A DNA stretch of 64,000 bases from Eledone cirrhosa. Taxonomy: Eukaryota. Positions 29,914-42,736 of the stretch are shown piece by piece (position 1 is the stretch's first letter; each line of letters begins with the position of its first letter). The notes under the pieces are model-generated. The model was not told where the DNA came from, did not search any database, and worked only from the letters and a program-made list of their open reading frames with translations. A program made the translations under genes and the position numbers. The stretch spans positions 102,548,001 to 102,612,000 of the forward strand of contig OZ024740.1 in assembly GCA_964016885.1 (NCBI GenBank), in the 5' to 3' direction.

Positions 29914-31623
29914 TCACTCACCCTTCGCCTCCTGGGGACCAGGCTGCACGATTTCCATGGGGGTGTTGGAGGGGTTGTCTGGATGGGTGGTGGTTTCCGG
30001 CGGGGTGGGGACGGAGATGTTTGGTGGGGTGGGGTCTGGTGGGATGGGGGTGTCTGGGGTGGGGAGACATTTGAGAAGGACGCGGTTGAGTGGTTTCACG
30101 CAGGAATTCCCCACATCCTTCTCAAATGTTTCTTTTAGGGACCTATAAGTTTGTATAGGGACCCTAATCAGTTTTAGGTTCAGTTTTTGCTAATTTTAAT
30201 AGTGGGCGAAAGTTTTCCCTTCGGTTTTCACCGAAGGGTCGTTCGTGATGGTCTCCATTAGTGTTTTGTTTTCAGTGTTTATGTAAGTGTAAGTGTAATT
30301 TTCTTGTGTTGTGTTTGTTTTTCTCTGTAGTTCTTGTGTGTGCTTTCGTTTTGTTGTAGGTATTTTGTTTTCAGGAGGTGGGGGTTTTGTTTGTGTTGGT
30401 GGTTGTATGTTTGTGGTAGTGTTTGCTGGTTTTTTGCTTTTGTGATGTCTTTTCTTTCTTTTCGAGCGATGGGGTTCTCCCTCGTCTTCACTGGGTGATG
30501 GCGAGATAGCCTCATCTGTTGTATCGTCTGTGTGATTGGGGAGGGGTATGTCTTGGGGAGCTGTTGTCTCTGTCTGTGATTTTGCAGTGGTTTTAGGTGG
30601 AGTGGGGTTGGGTGGGACTGTGTTTGTTGTGGTTATTTTTGTGTGTTGGTGTTGTTGTTGTTGTGGTGGTGTTGGTGGTTGTGTTGTTTTGATGGGTGTC
30701 GGCAGAAGAGCCTTTTTTTTATTCATTAATTTAGGACAGGAAGCCATCAGGTGACCCCTGCTAAAGCAATGGTAACATGAAGGCCGCCTACCCTCAACCG
30801 AAAAGTTTATGTAGGTGAGTCCGTCCAGAAGTACACGTTGTGGGATCATAGCTATTCGCTCTGGGCTCATCTTGTACAGATTGGATACAATTGGCGACAC
30901 AGAGTAATTTTGGGCCGTCAATTGATCCTTCATGAGTACCGAAATACTCCCAAAAAGTTTGCTTCTTTGAATGAATGCAATATCATTCATTGAATCTTTG
31001 AAAACCAGTTAAATTTCTTTCTGTGACAATTGGACTGGTTTTCGGGTAGAATTGGAAACTGTCCTAAAAACCATCGTTTTGAGAGCAGTTTCCTTGCGAA
31101 TTTCTACCGGAGAATTGATGCTGAAAGCACCATTTTTTTCGAAAGTGACATATTACCTAGCGTCCTTTAAAAGTTGTTCAGCATTTGTTATGTCGAGATA
31201 TATCAGTTCCTCCTTTTTTTTAACTGTCTCTGCAAAGGAGATTTTTGGTTTCTTTGTGGAATTATCCGTGTTGGTGGTGTTGTCATTATTGTTGTTGTTA
31301 TTCTTGTTGTCACCGATGTTGATATTATTCGTATTTTCCTTGGTGTTGTTGTTGTCTTTGATGCTGGTGTTATTGGTGTTGTCTTTATTTTTTTCTTTGT
31401 TGTTGTTATCATTGTTGTTTTTATCATCATTATTGGTGTTGCTGTTATTTTTGTTGTCATTGAACTGTTTGGTGTCATTTGTGTTGTTTGGATATGAATT
31501 TGTTTTTGCATTTTCATTTCGTCTTTCCATCTCTATAGTATCTAGTGAAGAAGACGATGTTGACTGCGAGCTTTGTAGTCTTACCGACTCTCCACCACCA
31601 TTATCGTTGGACGCAGCGTTCAT
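29914..31623 (-). pseudogene. ORF1 of Tx1-like element in pieces (Asn/Thr-rich N-terminus, CCHC knuckle, Pro/Thr-rich C-terminus)
   Basis: ISFAETVKK, VEGRRPSCYHCFSRGHLMASC; segments 31153-31623, 30196-30990, 29914-30114. Confidence 0.75.
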
Positions 31624-31842
31624 AACGTAATCAAACTTTTACAATATTTTTTCCAAGATTCGATGGAGAAAAAATTTTTGATTCGGATATTTCGCCCCTG
31701 TAGGGGCGAAAATGAGTTGACCCACCACCTGAAGGTCCAGACGGAGGGTCAAGTTACACAATAATATAAAATTTAACTGAAAACTCACGTTTTTTTCTTA
31801 CATAAATTAACGGAAACTTCTCCGCGAAGTTACACACGTCTG

Positions 31843-31868
31843 ATAGAGAGAGAGAGATAGATAGATAA

Positions 31869-31945
<77 letters not shown>
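31843..31945. repeat. (GA)n(GATA)n
   Basis: Directly visible. Confidence 0.97.
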
Positions 31946-31946
<1 letters not shown>

Positions 31947-32152
31947 TTCTTTATTAGCCACAAGGGCGCAACAAGAAAGGGGACAATATAAAGACATGCC
32001 GGGGATTTTACATACAGTCGTGTAAAAAATATAAAAACAAACAATTTCAACAATCGAAATCCCCAATAGGGGGGAGGCGCCACAAATGGGTTGTTTAATA
32101 CCCCGTCGATAGAACAACCCTCAACTCAAGGAGCGTGTTGTGCAAGTGCTTC
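31946..32152 (-). mobile_element. 3' end of a related Tx1-like family
   Basis: tttctttattagccaca-gggg-caa-agaa-ggggacaa shared with 26205; flanked by (GATA)n on both sides. Confidence 0.75.
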
Positions 32153-32174
32153 TAGATAGATAGATAGATAGATT

Positions 32175-33142
32175 TAGCGAGAATCGCATTTCTTGAACTC
32201 TCACAGTCTTATCCGGCCCTTGTAATTTGGATTTACCCCCCAACTCCAGCTGCTGTGATCAACTTATCGAGTTTCTTGAAGACATCACCCGGATCACTGA
32301 TGGCGGCTCATGGGTGGATGTTGTTTACCTTGACTTTGCGAAAGCTTTCAATTCTGTTTCGCACAAAAGGCTTATGGCAAAACTCTCTGCAATGGGTGTG
32401 AAGGATGATCTTTTTAACTGGTTGAAATCCTTCATTCTCAGTCGAAGAGAGGTAGTCACGGTTCTGGGACATCATTCCTCACCATATGAGATGTCATCTG
32501 GTGTACCACAGGGATCTGTTCTTGGCCCCCTTTTGTTTGTGGCATATATTAATGACATAGATGCCAACTTAAAGAATGCCACAGTACTAAAGTACGCAGA
32601 TGACATCAAGCTGTACCTTGAGATAAAAAGGACAGATCCTGAACACTATAGATCTTGCTTGCAGTCTGACCTGGACACAATGCAACAATGGATCTCAGAC
32701 TGGCAACTCAAGCTAGCTGTGGACAAGTGCACCACCATGCATTTTGGGAGTAATGCCAACAACAAGCCTGAGTACCTTTTTGATTTCCATGTGACTAACA
32801 CACGTGGGCATGCCCACAAAGTCAGAAAACAGTACAGTTCCCATGACTTTCGGAAACATTTTTTCACGCTCAGAGTTGCTGAAGCATGGAACAAACTACC
32901 TGCATCGGTTGTTAGCTGTCGAGACACTGCATCCTTTAAGGCCTCCATGCTTCCTGAGATTCGCCAACACTACACCTAATGTTCCCCCTTCATACACATA
33001 CACACATGTATATCATGACTCATACACTATTCACTTACCTGACATTTGTGTATTATACTATGTACTATACCTTTGACGAGTTGTAGTGCACCTGAGCACT
33101 TTACACAATAATTTCATTATTATTATTATTATTATTATTATT
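32175..33142 (+). mobile_element. CR1-clade LINE fragment with in-frame internal deletion
   Basis: ORF 32227-32979 is very similar to 21149-22450 but jumps from TTMHFG to ANNKPEYLF; (tta)n tail. Confidence 0.9.
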
Positions 33143-34600
33143 AGAAAAGGCGAAACGAAACGCAAGAATCAGAAATGATGCTGGCAAGCGCTCCATAGTT
33201 AAAAAACCAGAGTTAAACAATATGTTAAGAGGCCATACAAAACTGAAATAGCGGTCAAGAAAGCCACCTAAGCCAAAAAGCATATCAAGCCAAACAGGTC
33301 AAACAGTTTTGTAAAATTACGGCAACACCAGTGAAATAAGTTTTCTGGTGACTCAGGTAATGTTTGTAGTAGCAAAGAAATCTCTCTCTAACCATAGATA
33401 CATTTAATTTGTGAGAAAATGAAAGGAATATCATAGAAATATACCGTTAATCACATATACTAGTCTTGGTCAAATCTACTTTAAATTTATATATTATTTT
33501 CCAGCCCTGTAATCTTTAATATGTACCTCTACACTTTCATAAGTATGTCTATAAAATTGCAACAACATATAAGAATTATTATGAAATTTATGAAGAAAAT
33601 AAGTGATGTTACTATTTTAAAAAACTGGGGTAAATATCACGGTCAAAAGGAGGTAAATATGAAACTTTTGACATTGCTTGTGGACATCTAAATGGTTAAC
33701 AAAAATGCTAGAAACGGCAGCCGAACATTGAAATTTATATTTTTTTAAATGCTAGACACAACAGCCAAATCTCCTTCAAATCATACATTGTATTATATTC
33801 TATAATGATAGAAAGGAACCCACATCTCTGTTTTATTTATTTTAATGATGAACCAAGAAAAAAATATTCCCGTATACTTTCAATCAAAATTTATGGGGGA
33901 TTGGTAGTATCGGTAGAGCGTCGGACAACATGCTTTACAGCATGGAGTACGTCCCTTTCCATTCTGAGTTTAAATCCCGCTGAGGTTAACTGTGTCATCG
34001 CATTTGAGAGGTGAATTGGGCAACACACAAACACACACACACACACACAGACTCAGACACACACACATATATATTGCCCAATTGCACCTCTAAAAGGCGA
34101 TGGCACAGTACCGAGATCTCTGGCGTTATGCAGTAAAACAGAAGACATGACTTGCCATGGGCACAGGCCGAAGCTGAAGCATATATACAGTATACCCTGC
34201 CCCACCAACCCCTTCTACTGTATAGGGGTCGTGTAAATATGACGATGAAAAACACCCAGCCCACACTGTAACGTGGTCGTCGTATAGGTGTCACAACAAA
34301 AACACCCAGTCCATACTGAAAAGTTGTAGTGGGGGTATTACGACAAAAAGCAACCAGTACTCACTGTCAATGAGGACGGCGTTATGAAGGGCATCCAGCT
34401 ATGGAAACCAAGGAAAAATCATTTCTGTATAAGTACAGCATGGTCAGCTGACCTAGTATTGCCTATAACAGGACAACTCGTCTAACCCATACTAGCATGG
34501 AAGAATGGACGTAAAACAGTGATGATGATGGTGATATATATATATATAAAATGTTGCTTACATAACTGAGGTTAATTGTGTTTAGGTGATGACCAGGTAG

Positions 34601-35224
34601 GTTATGTCTGACATAACTGAGGCTGTGTTTATGTAAGGACCTGAGATGTTATGTCTGACATAACTGAGGCTGTGTTTATGTAAGGACCTGAGATGTTATG
34701 TCTGACATAACTGAGGCTGTGTTTATGTAAGGACCTGAGATGTTGTGTCTGACATAACTGAGTCTGTGTTTATGTAAGGACCTGAGATGTTGTGTCTGAC
34801 ATAACTGAGTCTGTGTTTATGTAAGGACCTGAGATGTTGTGTCTGACATAACTGAGTCTGTGTTTATGTAAGGACCTGAGATGTTATGTCTGACATAACT
34901 GAGGCTGTGTTTATGTAAGGACCTGAGAGGTTGTGTCTGACATAACTGAGGCTGTGTTTATGTAAGGACCTGAGATGTTGTGTCTGACATAACTGAGTCT
35001 GTGTTTATGTAAGGACCTGAGATGTTGTGTCTGACATAACTGAGTCTGTGTTTATGTAAGGACCTGAGATGTTGTGTCTGACATAACTGAGTCTGTGTTT
35101 ATGTAAGGACTTGAGATGTTATGTCTGACATAACTGAGGCTGTGTTTATGTAAGGACCTGAGATGTTATGTCTGACATAACTGAGGCTGTGTTTAGGTGA
35201 GGACCTGAGAGGTTATGTCTGACG
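34601..35224. repeat. 47 bp minisatellite, about 13 units, with internal palindrome GTTATGTC-T-GACATAAC
   Basis: Unit gtt(a/g)tgtctgacataactgag(g/t)ctgtgtttatgtaaggacctgagat; no spacers. Confidence 0.95.
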
Positions 35225-35950
35225 TAAAAACCCAGCATCCACATACTCCCTCCACAACACTAATCTCAAGAAGTCTTCTTGTGAACGTGACCTGGGCATT
35301 ACTGTCAGCAGCGATTTAAATTGGACGCAGCACGTTGCTAAAATTGTCAAGAAGGCTGAGGGTGTCTTAGCATCACTCAGCAAGACCTTGTCAGCCGCTC
35401 TCCAGCTATCTATTTAAAGCTGTACATAGCTATGGTGCGGCCACACTTAGAATTTGCATTACCAGTCTGGAACCCCCATACTCTGACCACCTTGCTTCCC
35501 TGGGCATGGATACATTGAAGCTCCGACATCTTGCAACTGGCTTGGTAAACACCCACAAAATTATTAACCATCTTGCCAACAACAACCCTGAGTACCTTTT
35601 TGATTTTCATGTGTCTAACACACGTGGACATGCCTACAAAATCAGAAAACAGCACAGCTCCCATGACTTTCGGAAACATTTTTCCACGCTCAGAGTTGCT
35701 GAAGCATGGAATAAACTACCTGCATCAGTTATTGGCTGTCGAGACATAGCATCCTTTAAAACCCGCATGTTTCCTGAGATTTACCAACACTGCACCTGAT
35801 ATCCCCTTCCATACACACGCACACATGTATTTCATGACTCGTACACTGTTCATTTTCCTGACATTTGTACATTATTCTATGTACTATACATGCACCTTCG
35901 ATGAGTTGTAATGCACCTGAGCACTGTACACAATAATTTCATTATTATTA
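35225..35950 (+). mobile_element. CR1-clade 3' fragment
   Basis: MDTLKLRHLA..NTRGHAYKIRKQHSSHDFRKHF..AEAWNKLP plus tail. Confidence 0.88.
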
Positions 35951-37120
35951 TAATTGAGGCTAATTGTGTTTAGTTGAGACCAGACAGGTTAAATCTACTT
36001 TAAATTTATATATTAGTTTCCAGCCCTGTAATCTTTAATATGTATCTCTACACTTTCATAAGTATGTCTATAAAATTGCAACAACTTATAAGAATTATTA
36101 TGAAAGTTATGAAGAAAATAAGTGATGTTACTATTTTTGAAAACTCAGGTAAATATCACGGTCAAAGGGAGGTAAATATGAAACTTTTGACATTGCTTGT
36201 AAACATCTAAATGGTTAACAAAAATGCTAGAAACGTCAGCCGAACATTGAAATTTATATTTTTTTAAAATGCTAGACACAACAGCCAAATCTCCTTCAAA
36301 TCATACATTGTATTATATTCTATAATGATAGAAAGGAACCCACATCTCTGTTTTATTTATTTTAATGATGAACCAAGAAAAAAATATTCCCGTATACTTT
36401 CAATCAAAATTTATGGGGGATTGGTAGTATCGGTAGAGCGTCGGACAACATGCTTTACAGCATGGAGTACGTCCCTTTCCATTCTGAGTTTAAATCCCGC
36501 TGAGGTTAACTGTGTCATCGCATTTGGGAGGTGAATTGGGCAACACACAAACACACACACACACACACAGACTCAGACACACACACATATATATTGCCCA
36601 ATTGCACCTCTAAAAGGCGATGGCACAGTACCGAGATCTCTGGCGTTATGCAGTAAAACAGAAGACATGACTTGCCATGGGCACAGGCCGAAGCTGAAGC
36701 ATATATACAGTATACCCTGCCCCACCAACCCCTTCTACTGTATAGGGGTCGTGTAAATATGACGATGAAAAACACCCAGCCCACACTGTAACGTGGTCGT
36801 CGTATAGGTGTCACAACAAAAACACCCAGTCCATACTGAAAAGTTGTAGTGGGGGTATTACGACAAAAAGCAACCAGTACTCACTGTCAATGAGGACGGC
36901 GTTATGAAGGGCATCCAGCTATGGAAACCAAGGAAAAATCATTTCTGTATAAGTACAGCATGGTCAGCTGACCTAGTATTGCCTATAACAGGACAACTCG
37001 TCTAACCCATACTAGCATGGAAGAATGGACGTAAAACAGTGATGATGATGGTGATATATATATATATAAAATGTTGCTTACATAACTGAGGTTAATTGTG
37101 TTTAGGTGATGACCAGGTAG

Positions 37121-37744
37121 GTTATGTCTGACATAACTGAGGCTGTGTTTATGTAAGGACCTGAGATGTTATGTCTGACATAACTGAGGCTGTGTTTATG
37201 TAAGGACCTGAGATGTTATGTCTGACATAACTGAGGCTGTGTTTATGTAAGGACCTGAGATGTTGTGTCTGACATAACTGAGTCTGTGTTTATGTAAGGA
37301 CCTGAGATGTTGTGTCTGACATAACTGAGTCTGTGTTTATGTAAGGACCTGAGATGTTGTGTCTGACATAACTGAGTCTGTGTTTATGTAAGGACCTGAG
37401 ATGTTATGTCTGACATAACTGAGGCTGTGTTTATGTAAGGACCTGAGAGGTTGTGTCTGACATAACTGAGGCTGTGTTTATGTAAGGACCTGAGATGTTG
37501 TGTCTGACATAACTGAGTCTGTGTTTATGTAAGGACCTGAGATGTTGTGTCTGACATAACTGAGTCTGTGTTTATGTAAGGACCTGAGATGTTGTGTCTG
37601 ACATAACTGAGTCTGTGTTTATGTAAGGACTTGAGATGTTATGTCTGACATAACTGAGGCTGTGTTTATGTAAGGACCTGAGATGTTATGTCTGACATAA
37701 CTGAGGCTGTGTTTAGGTGAGGACCTGAGAGGTTATGTCTGACG
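37121..37744. repeat. Duplicate of the 47 bp minisatellite
   Basis: Same unit variant order as 34601-35224. Confidence 0.95.
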
Positions 37745-38470
37745 TAAAAACCCAGCATCCACATACTCCCTCCACAACACTAATCTCAAGAAGTCTTCTT
37801 GTGAACGTGACCTGGGCATTACTGTCAGCAGCGATTTAAATTGGACGCAGCACGTTGCTAAAATTGTCAAGAAGGCTGAGGGTGTCTTAGCATCACTCAG
37901 CAAGACCTTGTCAGCCGCTCTCCAGCTATCTATTTAAAGCTGTACATAGCTATGGTGCGGCCACACTTAGAATTTGCATTACCAGTCTGGAACCCCCATA
38001 CTCTGACCACCTTGCTTCCCTGGGCATGGATACATTGAAGCTCCGACATCTTGCAACTGGCTTGGTAAACACCCACAAAATTATTAACCATCTTGCCAAC
38101 AACAACCCTGAGTACCTTTTTGATTTTCATGTGTCTAACACACGTGGACATGCCTACAAAATCAGAAAACAGCACAGCTCCCATGACTTTCGGAAACATT
38201 TTTCCACGCTCAGAGTTGCTGAAGCATGGAATAAACTACCTGCATCAGTTATTGGCTGTCGAGACATAGCATCCTTTAAAACCCGCATGTTTCCTGAGAT
38301 TTACCAACACTGCACCTGATATCCCCTTCCATACACACGCACACATGTATTTCATGACTCGTACACTGTTCATTTTCCTGACATTTGTACATTATTCTAT
38401 GTACTATACATGCACCTTCGATGAGTTGTAATGCACCTGAGCACTGTACACAATAATTTCATTATTATTA
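37745..38470 (+). mobile_element. Duplicate CR1-clade 3' fragment
   Basis: Copy of 35225-35950. Confidence 0.88.
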
Positions 38471-39535
38471 TAATTGAGGCTAATTGTGTTTAGTTGAGAC
38501 CAGACAGGTTAAATCTACTTTAAATTTATATATTAGTTTCCAGCCCTGTAATCTTTAATATGTATCTCTACACTTTCATAAGTATGTCTATAAAATTGCA
38601 ACAACTTATAAGAATTATTATGAAAGTTATGAAGAAAATAAGTGATGTTACTATTTTTGAAAACTCAGGTAAATATCACGGTCAAAGGGAGGTAAATATG
38701 AAACTTTTGACATTGCTTGTAAACATCTAAATGGTTAACAAAAATGCTAGAAACGTCAGCCGAACATTGAAATTTATATTTTTTTTAAATGCTAGACACA
38801 ACAGCCAAATCTCCTTCAAATCATACATTGTATTTTATTTTATAATGATAGAAAGGAACCCAAATCTATGTTTTATTTATTTTAATGATGAATTAAGAAA
38901 AAAATATTTCAGTATAGTTTCAATCAAAAGTTATGGTGGATTGGCAGTATCGGTAGAGCGTCGGACACCATGCTTCGCAGCATGGAATACGGCCCTTTAC
39001 ATTCGAAGTTTAAATCCCGCTGAGGTTAACTGCATCATCGCCTTTGAGAGCTGAAATTGGACAATAGACATACACACACCTATATATATATATTGTCCAA
39101 TTGCACCTCTAAAAGGCGATGGCACAGTACCGAGATCTCTGGCGTTATGCAGTAAAACAGAAGACATGACTTGCCATTGGCACAGGCCGAAGCTGAAGCA
39201 TATATACAGTATACCCTGCCCCACCAGCGCCTTCTACTGTATAACGGTCGTGTAAGTATGACGATGAAGAACACCCAGCCCACACTGTAACGTGGTCGTG
39301 TAGGTGTCACAACAAAAACACCCAGTCCATACTGTAAAGTGGAGGTGGAGGTATCACGACAAAAAGCATCCAGTACTCTCTGTCAATGAGGACGGCGTTA
39401 TGAAGGGCATCCAGCTGTGGAAACCAAGCAAAAATCAGTCCTGTATAAGCCAAGCATGGTCACCTGACCTAGTATTGCCTATAACAGGACAACTCGTCTA
39501 ACCCATACTAGCATGGAAGAATGGACGTAAAACAG

Positions 39536-39586
<51 letters not shown>

Positions 39587-39595
39587 AACATATAC

Positions 39596-39633
<38 letters not shown>

Positions 39634-39681
39634 GACGTAAAATAAGAAAATTATAAAAATTAACTTACTTACTAAAATTTC

Positions 39682-39764
39682 ACTCCAACTAATTAGTTTC
39701 TGAAAGGGAATAAGCATGGTTTCCGAATGGAACACATGGAGAATGCCTTTCGTCATCAGGAAGT
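39682..39764 (-). ncRNA. Type I hammerhead ribozyme with extended stem II
   Basis: ACTTC-CTGATGA-cGAAAGG...CCTTTCa-GAAA-CTAATTAG-T-T-GGAGT; stem III ACTAATTAGT is palindromic. Confidence 0.75.
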
Positions 39765-40309
39765 CAATTCTCAGCTAAGTTCCCAGGCGATGCGTGGACA
39801 TATATATATATATTGTTTTAAATTAAGATTGTATTACTTTTCCCTCATCTTACATTAAAATGTTTTCATCTTGATGGTATAGTCACTTATATGTCTGAAT
39901 TATTGTTGGCATTTTGCTTACATTAATTCCTCTATTTTTCATTTATATATTTATACTCGGAGTTTTCCTAGAGTGCTACTTAATATTTGTGACTAATCCC
40001 AGTTTATTTTTTTTTAAACTGCGATAATATTGCTTATGCTGAACTCCATATTTTTGTTGAGTTTTTTCAGAATGTTTTGACTGTTGTTTCTTGTAAACAG
40101 CTTTTCGTCTCCTCTAGCCATCACCAGCGTGTGTCGACGTGTGTTTTGTTATTTCAATTCTACACGCTGTCGCTTGCCTGCTTTTAATCTCCCTCCAGCA
40201 TTTTAGCTGTGGGAAATATAGTTAATGTGATGAGCACTACATATACATATATATACATATATATATATATACTTATATACATATATATATATGTATATAT
40301 ATATATATG

Positions 40310-40356
<47 letters not shown>

Positions 40357-40383
40357 GTATATATATATGTATTTATATATATA

Positions 40384-40723
40384 TAAAATTTGGCTTCGTT
40401 TATTACTGTTATATATATTTCGGTGGCAGCCATCTTTGGCTTTGACTTCATCAGGCAGTCCGAATTAGTGTAGTAGAGACGAGTGCACATGTTGTTGAGG
40501 TGTATAACTTTGTCAATACTCTGATATGCCCAGACGAGTACACATGTTGTTGAGGTGTATAACTTTGTCAATACTCTGATATGCCCAGTTCCTGGGCATA
40601 TCAGAGTATTGACAACATGTGTACTCGTCTCTACCACACTAATTCGGACAGCATGAAGAGGTCACAGCCAAAGATGGCTGTCACCGAAATATATATAGCA
40701 GTAATAAACGAAGCCAAATTTTA
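40384..40723. mobile_element. Fold-back (head-to-head) pair of PLE-type terminal repeats, each with a minimal hammerhead
   Basis: Arms 40384-40588 and 40592-40723 around a TTC loop; hammerheads at 40405-40459 (-) and 40648-40702 (+). Confidence 0.75.
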
Positions 40724-40748
40724 AACATTTGACTTATTTATTTTATTT

Positions 40749-41307
<559 letters not shown>

Positions 41308-42710
41308 TCATCATCATCATGATCATCGTTTAAGGTCCATCTTCCATGCTCATGGGTTTGGACGGGAGTATTCCCACTTGAGGCAAGAGTGGTTGTCTTG
41401 CTCGCATAGGACTGTCTGGCGGGTTTTCTATGGCTGGGTGCCCTTCCTAACACCAACCACGTTTACAGTGTGGACTGGGAGGTTTTTACCGTGTTACCTA
41501 CACGGCCACATTACAGCGTGGACTGTGTGTTTTTTTTTTGTCGTGACACCTACACGATCTCATTTGTTTTGGGCTGGATGTTGTCGTACCAACATAACTT
41601 TACATTGAAAGGGTTGGTGTGGATGGGGTGGGGGTAGTGGGACGGGGTTGTATTTTTGTTAGAGGTGCCTACTGACTGTAGTAGGTTTCACTTTGTACTT
41701 AGGTAAGGCGGGTCTTCTGTATTACTTTGTAGCGTCAAAGATCTCGGTCCAGTGACATTGTCTAGGAGAGGTGTAAGTGTGTGAGCTCGGAATTTATCAA
41801 GTCGTCCCAGGTTTTTCTGGGTCTGCCAACTCCGTGGCTACCGTCTATTTTTATTGGCCTGCACTCTTTTATACAGCTGTCGTCTTTCATGCGCATCACG
41901 TGACCGTACCAACGTAGTCTTCTCTCGAGTAAACAACATCTGATCCCTCTTATTCCTAATTTTTTCCTTAGTTCGTTTATGCTTTGCCGTTCACGTATAT
42001 TACTATTACACATCCAGCGGAGCATGCAAGTTTAGGAGATTAGTATCGGTGTACATTTAAAATTATTACAAAAGACAGTAAATACCGGTGTGTGTTGTGA
42101 TAATGTTTTTACTTCATAGAAGTCAAAGGTATTAAATATTAAGGATTCGTTACCCGATGGTCACAACTCCAGGCCGAAGTTGGTAGAGAAAAGAAGAGAT
42201 CTTTTCTAGCTGGTATTAACATCTTAGGCTCTCAGGCTGCAAGTTGCATTGTTCTTGGTGGCGAGTGATTATCAAAAGGGAATCATCTCAAGCTAAGGTC
42301 GCAGGTGTTACCACTTCGGAAATCAGGAGGCAAGAGAGAGATATCGTGGTGACCTGTTCCTTTTATAGGAGGTGACCGGAAGTGACCAACAGGGAGTCTG
42401 TCAATCCCAAAGGGAAGCAACTCCAGCTACTTCCTGTCTAGAGAGCGGTGATGAGATTGTCATGACAATGGACGCAACTCTTGCTACACAAGCTTCGTTC
42501 CTCTCCAGTCTGCGTATATCCTCTGCACACAATGCCCAGGTCTCACTGCCATGTAACATTGCTGTTCGTATGCAGGCATCATACAGCCTGCCTTTCATTT
42601 TTAGAGAGAACCCTTTAGCGGCTAATAGTGGGGTATAAGCTCTCTGAACTTTTTCCATCCAGTTCTGACTCTAGCTACTGTACTTTCAGAGCACCCTCCC
42701 CCACTGCTGA
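41308..42710 (-). mobile_element. RTE LINE 3' fragment (subfamily B) interrupted by a solo LTR
   Basis: KGRLYDACIRTAMLHGSETWALCAEDIRRLERNEAC | MLRWMC..RRLRWYGHVMRM..GRPRKTW; (gat)n tail. Confidence 0.9.
42031..42488 (-). mobile_element. Solo LTR (458 bp, 4 bp TSD, Gypsy-like)
   Basis: CAAG duplicated at 42027-42030 and 42489-42492; ends TtTAG...CTACA; TATAAAA on the minus strand near 42361-42367. Confidence 0.72.
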
Positions 42711-42736
42711 TATATGTATATATATATATATGTATA

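Larger units (their letters stand above)
26205..31842 (-). mobile_element. Apparently full-length (5.6 kb) L1/Tx1-clade non-LTR retrotransposon, disabled
   Basis: 5' UTR starting cagacgtg, broken ORF1 with CCHC knuckle, ORF2 with APE, RT and C-terminal zinc finger, 3' AATAAA then (TATC)n. Confidence 0.9.
33470..39535. repeat. Tandem segmental duplication A-B-A-B-A, period 2520 bp
   Basis: Essentially identical ORFs offset by 2520 (33805/36325, 35506/38026); third A copy from about 38510 is more diverged. Confidence 0.95.

Noticed and set aside
26696-31630. Plus-strand ORFs, including the hydrophobic 192 aa ORF at 31052
   Set aside because: Antisense shadows of the Tx1-like ORFs and their Asn/Thr-rich low-complexity region
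34601-37744. Palindromic regularly spaced repeats resembling a CRISPR array
   Set aside because: Units are contiguous 47-mers with no unique spacers, no cas genes, eukaryotic context
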